Shown here one piece after another: positions 56,633 to 64,000 of a stretch of DNA of 64,000 bases. The notes under the pieces are model-generated. The model had not been told where the DNA came from and searched no databases. It saw only the letters and a list, made by a program, of their open reading frames with translations. The translations under genes were made by a program, and so were the position numbers. Positions within the stretch are counted from its first letter, which is position 1. The number at the start of each line of letters is the position of its first letter. The DNA is from an uncultured Clostridia bacterium (GTDB lineage: Bacteria > Bacillota > Clostridia > Christensenellales > UBA1242). Location: contig CAKNIB010000004.1 in assembly GCA_930979925.1 (NCBI GenBank), positions 8,556 to 72,555 of the forward strand. The letters are read 5' to 3'.

Positions 56633-57124
56633 ATGGACGCAACACAAATTATTCTTATTGTTTTTATTGTGCTTTTAATTATAATTTATCCTATAATGAT
56701 TTCAGCTAGAAACAAAAAAGAAAACCAAAGAATGCAGGAGCAAACAAACTCACTAAAAAGAGGGGATAGAGTTCTCACAACAAGCGGTGTTTATGGTGTA
56801 ATTGTTGACCTTCAACTTGAAGGTGACAAAAAAATTGTAACAATAGAAACAGGTACAGAGAAGAAAAAGGGTTATGTTTCTGTTGATGCTTATGCAATCT
56901 ATACAATTTTTAAGGACGAACCAGAACAAACTGCTGATGTCACTCAAACAGAGACTCAGCCAGAGCCTGAGAAAAAAGTGGACGAACAAAATGTGGCAGC
57001 TTTAAATGCTCAACCTGAAGCAGAGGCTCAAGCTACTGACGCATCACAGGATGAAAAACAGGAAAAGAAAGCAAAAAAAGAGAAAAAATCAAAGGATAAG
57101 AAGGTAGAAGAGAAGAAGGACTAA
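56633..57124 (+). CDS. yajC: Preprotein translocase subunit YajC with a long charged C-terminal extension
   Basis: N-terminal TM helix and YajC core LKRGDRVLTTSGVYGVIVDL, followed by ~75 extra aa rich in E/K/Q/T. Confidence 0.8.
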   Translation: MDATQIILIVFIVLLIIIYPIMISARNKKENQRMQEQTNSLKRGDRVLTTSGVYGVIVDLQLEGDKKIVTIETGTEKKKGYVSVDAYAIYTIFKDEPEQTADVTQTETQPEPEKKVDEQNVAALNAQPEAEAQATDASQDEKQEKKAKKEKKSKDKKVEEKKD

Positions 57125-57164
57125 CTTTTTCTCTTTTTTCAAAATTGACGTCATTTTTAAGACA

Positions 57165-57193
57165 TTGACAAAATTGACTAAATATGTTATAAT
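57165..57193 (+). promoter_or_regulatory. Perfect consensus promoter abutting the start codon of the 57198 gene
   Basis: TTGACA (57165-57170), 17 nt, TATAAT (57188-57193), then ataa-ATGATG (57198/57201). No SD. Confidence 0.55.
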
Positions 57194-57197
57194 ATAA

Positions 57198-58007
57198 ATG
57201 ATGAGAATATACCATTCAGAAAAATTCTTAAAGAAAAGATTATTGAGTGAGCCTTCTTATGAGTATAATCTTAACTTAAAGATTAAGAAAGGGTTATTGA
57301 CTGATAAGGAAGCTCTATGCTTGTATATTCACACATTTTGTAAAAATCAATATAATCACTATAGACCGAAAAAAGCTATTAGCTATAATAAATACTTTAC
57401 TCGTGGCAAAGATGGTTGGTATCATGTTGATATGCCAGATTTGAAAGGTCGTTTTAAAAGTGCAAATAGATATTTTGACAACAAAGTCTATTGCGAAGAG
57501 GCGAATTGTCATGCCTGTGCTTATTCTTTTGTACTTAACTTTGAAGGGGATACAACCTTAATCCTTGGCTCTATAAATCCGTTTAATTTAAAAAATGGGC
57601 TATTGCACTCTGTATGCATTTTTACTTTAAACGGCGAAGAGTATGTCTTTGATGGCGGGCACTATCTTGTTATGGAAAGAAGTCTTTATGACCAAATCTT
57701 TAATTTTATAGAGTATCAAAAACTATCAAAAGAAGAAATACTGCAAGACTTAGACAATTTTGCAGTAAAACCAAGACTAAAACAGAACAAATTTTTAAAG
57801 CTTTGGCGGGCAAATGAGCTAAGTGCTAAATTTTACGGTTTTGGTTTTCTCACTTATCTTTTTGATCGACAGGACTACTTAGATAATTACCAAAAACAAA
57901 ATGACAATTTTAGTAAGGTTGTTAGAGATTATAACAAGTTTGAAGAAAAGCTTGAGAAACTTGAGAACAAATACAAGGTAGATGATATAAGCGAATACAT
58001 AAAATAA
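57198..58007 (+). CDS. Hypothetical protein with a possible papain/transglutaminase-like Cys-His-Asp arrangement
   Basis: ANCHACAYSF ... LLHSVCIF ... YVFDGG spacing resembles a transglutaminase-like cysteine peptidase core. The start may be ATG 57201. Confidence 0.5.
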   Translation: MMRIYHSEKFLKKRLLSEPSYEYNLNLKIKKGLLTDKEALCLYIHTFCKNQYNHYRPKKAISYNKYFTRGKDGWYHVDMPDLKGRFKSANRYFDNKVYCEEANCHACAYSFVLNFEGDTTLILGSINPFNLKNGLLHSVCIFTLNGEEYVFDGGHYLVMERSLYDQIFNFIEYQKLSKEEILQDLDNFAVKPRLKQNKFLKLWRANELSAKFYGFGFLTYLFDRQDYLDNYQKQNDNFSKVVRDYNKFEEKLEKLENKYKVDDISEYIK

Positions 58008-58036
58008 CTTACTTTTAATAGGTAAGTTATTTTTTT
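58006..58036 (+). terminator. Terminator after the 57198 gene
   Basis: AACTTAC-ttttaatag-GTAAGTT followed by ATTTTTTT. Confidence 0.65.
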
Positions 58037-58095
58037 GACTCCTCAAACATATTTATTTATTAGCACATAGGTATAAAAATTTAAAAAGGAGTCAA
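58035..58095 (+). promoter_or_regulatory. 9-bp perfect inverted repeat able to sequester the SD of the 58098 gene
   Basis: TTGACTCCT (58035-58043) is the exact complement of AGGAGTCAA (58087-58095), which contains the SD. Confidence 0.35.
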
Positions 58096-58097
58096 AT

Positions 58098-58517
58098 ATG
58101 AAAATGAAAACAAAAATAAATAAAAAAAGCTCAAATATGAAAAACAGCATGATTGGCTTTATTGCAAAGGGGACTATGATTGCGCTTTGCGTCTCTTTAG
58201 TGCTTGTACTTGTATTTGCATTTTTGCTTAAATTTACAAACATATCAGATAGTGCAATCGCTCCAGTAAATCAAGTTATAAAAGGAGTTAGTATATTCTT
58301 AGGTGTATTTATAGGTTTGAAAAAGTGTAAAGAATTAGGACTTGTAAGCGGGCTTCTAATAGGCTTCATTTACACTCTGCTAGCTTTCTTGGTATTTTCT
58401 ATACTGCGTGGGGGATTTACTTTTGACATCACTTTACTCACTGATTGTGTATTTGGAGCGGTAATAGGAGCAATTTGCGGTATTATTAGCGTAAATATTA
58501 AAAAAAGTACCAACTAA
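58098..58517 (+). CDS. Small polytopic membrane protein (TIGR04086/YrzE-like)
   Basis: 4 TM helices and a G-rich helix pattern. AAGGAG SD. Confidence 0.55.
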   Translation: MKMKTKINKKSSNMKNSMIGFIAKGTMIALCVSLVLVLVFAFLLKFTNISDSAIAPVNQVIKGVSIFLGVFIGLKKCKELGLVSGLLIGFIYTLLAFLVFSILRGGFTFDITLLTDCVFGAVIGAICGIISVNIKKSTN

Positions 58518-58614
58518 AACTCAAATTTAATTGACATAGTCCTTTTAATTCTTTATAATTATGAAAGTAAGTTAAAAAATTCTAAACTAATATTTAGTTT
58601 TAAAAGGATTATAG

Positions 58615-60090
58615 ATGTTAAAGAAATACTCAATAGTAAATTTTGTTTTACTTGTAATTATTGCGATTTTGGGCGTACTGTTAAGTGTATGTCCTTTTAA
58701 TGTTCCTGCAAGCACAGACCGTTATAATGGTTTTGTCTCCGCTATTGATAAAGGCATCGATTTAAGCGGTGGTGTTTCTGCCATCTATCAAGCAGAGTCG
58801 GCAAGTGGCGACCTTGAAGAGAAAATTGATGGCTCACTTGATAAAATAAAGGATGTTTTTAAAAATAACGCTGATTATATAGAGCTTTATACATCAAATG
58901 ATGCCTCTGCTTATAAAGAAATATTTGTAACAAGACAGGGCGATAAGGTAAGAATTGAGGCTTCAAACACTCAAGATACCGACGAGTTTTTTGACCAACT
59001 TGCTGAAGGTCAAAATGTTTCTGTAACTTTAGAGCAGGCATCAGATACTGTCACTAGTCCTCAAGTTTACTTAGATTACCAGGATATCTATTCCGCATAT
59101 GTAGGTTATGACTATGATAACAGCGCCTACACTATAGTTTTAGAGCTTACTGAAAGTGGCAGGACAGATTTAGAAGAACTCAAAAACGCAGCAGAAGAAA
59201 CAGCTAGAACAAGCGCATACCTCTATCTTGGCGAAATAAATAGCGACAATCTTCTTTCTACTGTAACAATTGAAAACATAGATGAAACGATTGTATTTAC
59301 TAGCTCAAATAGCAACTATAGCTCAACAAACCTATCCAATAATTTAAATCTTGCTTTCAATATTGTAGGTGGCTCACTTGACTATAATTTATCTTTACTT
59401 GAGAAGAGCTATATAAGTCCAGCACTTGGTCAAAATACTATGCTATTTATTGGAATTGCTTGTATCATAACAATAGTACTTGCACTCGTGTTTATGTGTG
59501 TGCGTTATGGTCATTTAGGACTTCTTGGAAGTCTTTCTTGTGTGTTCTATCTCGTGCTTTTTGTATTTTTCATGCAAGCAATACCATTTATAACTTTAAA
59601 TCTTGCCGGCGTGTTTGGCTCAATAATCGCATTCCTGCTTGCCGTTGTTGCCAATGTAATGATTTTTGAAAGGGTAAGAGAAGAATATGCTTTAGGTAAG
59701 AAAATACACCTTTCTTTTAAGGGTGGTATCAAAAAGGCACTTTGGCCAATACTTGATAGCCATATTGTAATAATTCTCGCCTGCGTATTTATATGGATAT
59801 TTGCTCCATCAATTTTAAAGGCTTTTGCTATAACTATAATTTTAGGCGCAATAATTTCGGTGTTCTCATCACTTGTTATTACGAGATATTTAATGAATAT
59901 CTATTTACCACTAAACAGCACAAAGGCAAAACGCCTTCACCTTTATAGAGATAAAGAGGTTAAAGAGTTAAAAGAAGAGCAAGTTGAGGTTAAATCTAAG
60001 CAAGCTCAAGATGCTTTGCCTCAAGATATGCAAACTAGCGAAAGCGCTCAAGTTACCCAGTCTACAATAGGAGGTAACAGCAATGAATAA
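58615..60090 (+). CDS. secD: Protein translocase subunit SecD
   Basis: N-terminal TM helix, large extracytoplasmic domain and a C-terminal 5-TM RND-like bundle (GIACIITIVLALVFM..., AGVFGSIIAF). Confidence 0.85.
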   Translation: MLKKYSIVNFVLLVIIAILGVLLSVCPFNVPASTDRYNGFVSAIDKGIDLSGGVSAIYQAESASGDLEEKIDGSLDKIKDVFKNNADYIELYTSNDASAYKEIFVTRQGDKVRIEASNTQDTDEFFDQLAEGQNVSVTLEQASDTVTSPQVYLDYQDIYSAYVGYDYDNSAYTIVLELTESGRTDLEELKNAAEETARTSAYLYLGEINSDNLLSTVTIENIDETIVFTSSNSNYSSTNLSNNLNLAFNIVGGSLDYNLSLLEKSYISPALGQNTMLFIGIACIITIVLALVFMCVRYGHLGLLGSLSCVFYLVLFVFFMQAIPFITLNLAGVFGSIIAFLLAVVANVMIFERVREEYALGKKIHLSFKGGIKKALWPILDSHIVIILACVFIWIFAPSILKAFAITIILGAIISVFSSLVITRYLMNIYLPLNSTKAKRLHLYRDKEVKELKEEQVEVKSKQAQDALPQDMQTSESAQVTQSTIGGNSNE

Positions 60091-61150
60091 AATGACACAG
60101 AAAAAGATTTCTTTAGATAAAAAAATAACATCATCTAAATTTAGCATTACGAAAAACTTTTTATACTTTTTAATAGTTCCTGCAGTTATTATTTTGGTAG
60201 GTATTATCCTTCTTTGCACTGTAGGGTTTAACATGGGCACCGATTTTACTGGCGCTAGCACTTTTAAAGTATATATAAATAACGTGAATGACAAAAACAA
60301 CTTAGATAGTACTATTGCAAGTTATGATTTATCTGACAAGGATGATTATAACCAAGTCTATGATAAGATAAAATTGGTTCTTGAAAACAACGGACTTACT
60401 ATAGAAAGTTATAGAACATCTACCATGAATATAGCTGATTACAATGTCTCTGGTGGACAGGCAGTTGAGGTAGTTTATCAAAACTTATCTGATGACATGA
60501 CACTAATTACAGCAAAAAATAATGACATCAGAAGTAGTTTGATAACAGAATTTGGCTACACAAATTTCTCTGATTGCGTTTCAACTGTAGATTATGTTCC
60601 AGCTGAAAGCTCTTTCTCATGGACCATTGGAATAGTTGCGGGCATTGTCTTTGGATATTTACTAGTATCTATCTATATGGCTTTTAGATATAATCCAAAT
60701 TTCTTTATAGTAGCACTATTGCAAATTGCCGTAGATCTTTTCATGACACTAGCACTTATTGCAATTTGTCAACTTACTATTAATTTATCTCTTGGCATAG
60801 TATTATTTACAACCTTTGTAACCAGCATACTTAATCTTTACTATTTTTACTCAAAGGTTACAAGCAATATTAAGTCTGGTAAATTTGAAAAGGTTAAACC
60901 ATCAGCAATTGCCGATGCAACAACTAAAGAGACAACTTTTAAACGTGGAATAATATACATTGTACTTCTTCTTATTGCTATTCTATTCTCAGCATTGGCA
61001 GTTGAAGGAGTGAGAGAAGTAGCTCTTGGTATTATGATTAGTTTAATCGTAACATTCTTTACATCAGAGCTATTACTTCCAAGTTTTTGGTCAACAGTTT
61101 ATAGACCAAAGAAAAAATCAAACAGACAAGACAAAAAAATTCCTAATTAA
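60083..61150 (+). CDS. secF: Protein translocase subunit SecF
   Basis: FNMGTDFTGAS motif and a C-terminal 5-TM bundle. 8-nt overlap with secD. Confidence 0.85.
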   Translation: MNKMTQKKISLDKKITSSKFSITKNFLYFLIVPAVIILVGIILLCTVGFNMGTDFTGASTFKVYINNVNDKNNLDSTIASYDLSDKDDYNQVYDKIKLVLENNGLTIESYRTSTMNIADYNVSGGQAVEVVYQNLSDDMTLITAKNNDIRSSLITEFGYTNFSDCVSTVDYVPAESSFSWTIGIVAGIVFGYLLVSIYMAFRYNPNFFIVALLQIAVDLFMTLALIAICQLTINLSLGIVLFTTFVTSILNLYYFYSKVTSNIKSGKFEKVKPSAIADATTKETTFKRGIIYIVLLLIAILFSALAVEGVREVALGIMISLIVTFFTSELLLPSFWSTVYRPKKKSNRQDKKIPN

Positions 61151-61165
61151 TTTTAGGAATTTTTA
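61137..61165 (+). terminator. Terminator overlapping the secF stop codon
   Basis: AAATTCCTAA-ttaat-TTAGGAATTT followed by TTATTTT. Confidence 0.7.
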
Positions 61166-61266
61166 TTTTATATACTTAAAAACAATATAAAATGGGCATA
61201 GGAAGAAAAAGCAACATGAAAAAATAAGTTTTTCTTTATAAAAAAGAAAATTTAATAAATATTTTA

Positions 61267-61295
61267 TTGACTAATTTTATTTTATATGATATAAT
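61267..61295 (+). promoter_or_regulatory. Near-consensus extended -10 promoter for rpsB-tsf
   Basis: TTGACT (61267-61272), 17 nt, TGaTATAAT (TATAAT 61290-61295). Confidence 0.65.
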
Positions 61296-61301
61296 GACCT
61301 A

Positions 61302-61464
61302 GTCATTGGACAAATATGCACCTATAGAAAATTCTACTGCAGTTGCCTAAAACTTGTTGCATTATAAAACGATACCAAATGCAACATAAAAGATGAAAGT
61401 CTGAGGTCGCAGATTAGGAGCTTGAAAACTATAGGGAAGGACAAAAACAAAGGAGGATTAAAAA
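61302..61464 (+). promoter_or_regulatory. Structured ~165-nt 5' leader of rpsB (candidate ribosomal-protein leader)
   Basis: Three nested helices: CCTATAG 61321-61327 with CTATAGG 61429-61435; CCTAA 61346-61350 with TTAGG 61414-61418; GTTGCATT 61356-61363 with AATGCAAC 61378-61385. Confidence 0.4.
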
Positions 61465-62364
61465 ATGTCAGTTATTTCAATGAAACAACTTCTAGAGGCA
61501 GGCGTTCATTTTGGTCACCAGACTAGAAAATGGAACCCTAAGATGAAGAAATACATTTTCACTGCAAGAAATGATATCCATATCATCAATCTAGAACAAA
61601 CTTCTGAGCAGGTAGACAAAGCATACTTATTTGTACGCGATGTTGTTGCTTCAGGAAAGAGTGTACTTTTTGTAGGTACAAAGAAACAAGCACAAGACGC
61701 CGTTAAAGAAGAAGCTGAAAGATGCGGAATGTATTATGTTAATACAAGATGGCTTGGCGGATGTCTTACAAATTTCAAGACTATCAAGTCAAGAATTGAA
61801 AGATTAAACAAATTAAATCAAATGGAGAAGGTTGGCGAATTTGACCTTTTACCTAAGAAAGAAGTTACTCTTCTTAAAGCAGAAAGGGATAAGCTTGAGA
61901 AAAATCTTGGCGGTATCAAAGATATGAGAGAGCTCCCAGGCGTAGTATTTGTAGTTGACCCTAATGTAGAGCACATCTGCGTTAACGAGTGCAAACTTTT
62001 AAACATCCCTATGGTAGGACTTGTTGATACAAACGGCAATCCAGACAACATTGAGATTGTTATACCTGGTAATGATGACGCTATTCGCTCAGTTAAATTA
62101 ATTGCTTCAGCTATTGCTGACGCTGTTATTGAAGCTAAAGAAGGTGTATCTTTAAAGAAAGATGAGCCACAAGATGAGGACATCGATATCGAGAAAGTTC
62201 TTGCAGAGACTAAGCCTAATCTTGAAATAGCAGAGGCAGGCGAAGAAAGTCGCAAAAAACCAGCTAAGAAAAAGCCTGTAAAGAAGAAACCAGAAGTAAA
62301 GAAAGAAAGCAAAGAAGCTGAAACTACCGAAGAGAAAAAAGAAGTTGAAGATAAAGGAGAGTAA
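61465..62364 (+). CDS. rpsB: 30S ribosomal protein S2 with a ~60-aa K/E-rich C-terminal extension
   Basis: [22 protein letters not shown] start. AAAGGAGGA SD. Confidence 0.97.
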   Translation: MSVISMKQLLEAGVHFGHQTRKWNPKMKKYIFTARNDIHIINLEQTSEQVDKAYLFVRDVVASGKSVLFVGTKKQAQDAVKEEAERCGMYYVNTRWLGGCLTNFKTIKSRIERLNKLNQMEKVGEFDLLPKKEVTLLKAERDKLEKNLGGIKDMRELPGVVFVVDPNVEHICVNECKLLNIPMVGLVDTNGNPDNIEIVIPGNDDAIRSVKLIASAIADAVIEAKEGVSLKKDEPQDEDIDIEKVLAETKPNLEIAEAGEESRKKPAKKKPVKKKPEVKKESKEAETTEEKKEVEDKGE

Positions 62365-62366
62365 TT

Positions 62367-63023
62367 ATGAATTTTACAGCTAAAGATGTTGCAGATCTTA
62401 GAGCAAAAACAAATGCAGGTATGATGGACTGCAAAAAAGCCCTTGTAGAATGCGATGGTGACTTTGATAAGGCTATCACATGGCTTAGAGAAAAAGGTAT
62501 CGCAGCTGCCGCTAAAAAGCAATCAAGAATAGCATCAGAAGGTATCGTTACTTCATATATTCATATGGGAGGTAAAATTGGTGTTCTTGTTGAGATTAAC
62601 TGCGAAACTGACTTCGTTGCAAAGACAGATGCATTCCAAGAAATAGGTCATGATGTGGCTCTTCAAATTGCCGCAGCAGCACCTAAATATGTAAGAGTGG
62701 AAGAAGTTCCGGCAGAAGAGCTTGAGAAAGAAAAAGAGATTTTAAGAAATCAGGCTCTCAACGAAGGCAAACCAGCACAAATCATTGAAAAAATGGTTGA
62801 AGGTAGAGTTAAAAAATTCTATCAAGATGTATGCCTTTTAGAGCAATCATTTGTTAAAGACCCAAATATGACTATACAACAATATATCAATGAAAAAACT
62901 CTTCAAATAGGTGAAAAAATATCTATTAGAAGATTTGCAAGATTTGAAATGGGTGAAGGACTTGAAAAACGCAATGACAACCTTGCTGAAGAAGTTGAAA
63001 AACAAATGAAAGGCTCAAACTAA
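62367..63023 (+). CDS. tsf: Elongation factor Ts (short form)
   Basis: [22 protein letters not shown]-like N-terminus and [11 protein letters not shown]. Confidence 0.95.
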   Translation: MNFTAKDVADLRAKTNAGMMDCKKALVECDGDFDKAITWLREKGIAAAAKKQSRIASEGIVTSYIHMGGKIGVLVEINCETDFVAKTDAFQEIGHDVALQIAAAAPKYVRVEEVPAEELEKEKEILRNQALNEGKPAQIIEKMVEGRVKKFYQDVCLLEQSFVKDPNMTIQQYINEKTLQIGEKISIRRFARFEMGEGLEKRNDNLAEEVEKQMKGSN

Positions 63024-63033
63024 AAAGAAAACA

Positions 63034-63069
63034 AAAGACTAAGCCAGTTTAAATGCTTAGTCTTTTTTT
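63034..63069 (+). terminator. Terminator after tsf
   Basis: AAAAGACTAAGC..GCTTAGTCTTTT stem with a T-run. Confidence 0.8.
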
Positions 63070-63228
63070 AGAACGCAAGAATAAAACAAATGAAATGAAA
63101 GTTTTCTTGTTTTTTGTCAAAATTTTTAGATTTTTAATATGTTTTTTGCCTGCTTTTAATCTTTTATTGATAAATCATTTGGAAAAAATGAGACTTTATA
63201 GTAAAATAAATCATAAGGAGTAAATCAC

Positions 63229-63795
63229 ATGAATGAAATGATAGAAGAAATAATGCTTTCTTGTCAAGAAGAAATAGACAAGGCAATAAATCATCAAATA
63301 AATGAATATCTTGTTATAAGAGCGGGCAGGGCAAATCCACATATATTAGACAAGGTTTATATCGATTATTATGGTGTTCCAACGCCTCTCAAGAACATGG
63401 CCAGCATAACCGTTCCTGAGGCTAGAATTTTAGCTATTTCTGTTTGGGACCAATCACAAATAAAAAATGTAGTCAAGGCAATAGTTGCAGCTGACTTAGG
63501 TGTTAATCCTAATGAGGATGGTAAAGTCATTAGACTAGTATTCCCAATGCTCACAGAAGACCGCCGAAAGGAAATTGTTAAGGAGATAAAAAAGATAGCA
63601 GAGGAGACTAAAGTTGCCGTTCGTGGTGCACGTCGTGATGCTATGGATATGATAAAAGACCTAGAAAAAAATGGAGAAATCTCTGAAGATGAAAGAAACG
63701 GGTACGAAGAGGATATCCAAAAGCGCGTAGACAAGGCTTGCGACAAAATTGACGAAAATTTCAAAGATAAAGAAAAAGAAATAATGGAAGTTTAA
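63229..63795 (+). CDS. frr: Ribosome recycling factor
   Basis: IRAGRANPHILDKVYIDYYGVPTPL and RRDAMDMIK motifs. AAGGAG SD. Confidence 0.95.
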   Translation: MNEMIEEIMLSCQEEIDKAINHQINEYLVIRAGRANPHILDKVYIDYYGVPTPLKNMASITVPEARILAISVWDQSQIKNVVKAIVAADLGVNPNEDGKVIRLVFPMLTEDRRKEIVKEIKKIAEETKVAVRGARRDAMDMIKDLEKNGEISEDERNGYEEDIQKRVDKACDKIDENFKDKEKEIMEV

Positions 63796-63895
63796 TATAT
63801 ATATCTTGTATCCTTAACTCATTTAATTTCATATATTTACTAAAGTCAAAGATTAAAATTGATATATCAGCTAAATGAAAGGATAGTGGGAATTT

Positions 63896-64000
63896 ATGGA
63901 AAAATTAAAAAAAGTACCTTCTCATGTAGCCATAATTATGGACGGGAATGGTAGATGGGCAACAAAGCGGGGTTTGCCTAGAAATTTTGGTCATAGAGAA
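63896..64000 (+). CDS. uppS: Undecaprenyl diphosphate synthase, 3'-truncated by window edge
   Basis: [30 protein letters not shown]-terminal signature. The frame is open to the last base. Confidence 0.85.
   Translation, partial: MEKLKKVPSHVAIIMDGNGRWATKRGLPRNFGHRE

Noticed and set aside
61818-62522. 234-aa minus-strand ORF spanning the rpsB/tsf junction
   Set aside because: It is antisense to two highly conserved, highly expressed genes. It is a low-complexity Ser/Phe-rich mirror of the K/E tail of S2, with no translation signals.
1-64000. CRISPR arrays, IS elements, prophage genes, toxin-antitoxin pairs, defence islands, alternative genetic code
   Set aside because: I saw no regularly spaced repeats and no transposase, integrase or phage structural motifs. 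All conserved genes read through under the standard code without in-frame TGA or TAG. The window looks like core chromosome.

Overview
This 64-kb window is AT-rich, densely packed core chromosome from a Bacillota (Clostridia-like, probably endospore-forming) genome that uses the standard genetic code. It holds about 70 protein genes, mostly in translationally coupled plus-strand operons. In order these are: rimO-pgsA-cinA-like-recA; a class A PBP; miaB-mutS-mutL-miaA-ynbB-like; a D-Ala-D-Ala carboxypeptidase; scpA-scpB; an M50 site-2 protease; mnmA; tRNA-Ser(GGA); degV, HIT and rnhA; pta-ackA; rpmF-plsX-rnc-smc-ftsY; sigK; RNase P RNA; rarA; polA; ruvX; a T-box leader with thrS; yajC; secD-secF; and rpsB-tsf-frr-uppS. 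I saw no CRISPR array, IS element, integrase or prophage.

The most unusual points are:
- Five or six genes have a promoter -10 hexamer 6-7 nt from the ATG and no Shine-Dalgarno, which predicts leaderless mRNAs.
- A 455-aa protein downstream of sigK has a divergent DisA_N/diadenylate-cyclase-like C-terminus in which the RHR motif is replaced.
- A membrane protein carries a class III cyclase-like domain with both metal-binding Asp residues substituted.
- A lipoyl-less E2-acyltransferase-like protein has DERxxDG in place of DHRxxDG and a polybasic tail.
- A stand-alone FakA/YloV middle-domain minigene follows ftsY.
- A P-loop kinase and a SpoU methyltransferase are translationally coupled, sit next to a frameshifted DMT transporter, and abut the tRNA-Ser gene.
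- MiaB lacks its TRAM domain and ThrRS lacks its TGS domain.
- Two SD-plus-terminator-supported small genes are missing from the ORF track.
- Several candidate cis-regulatory RNA or DNA elements are present.

All homology statements come from motif recognition by eye and from memory. No searches were run.
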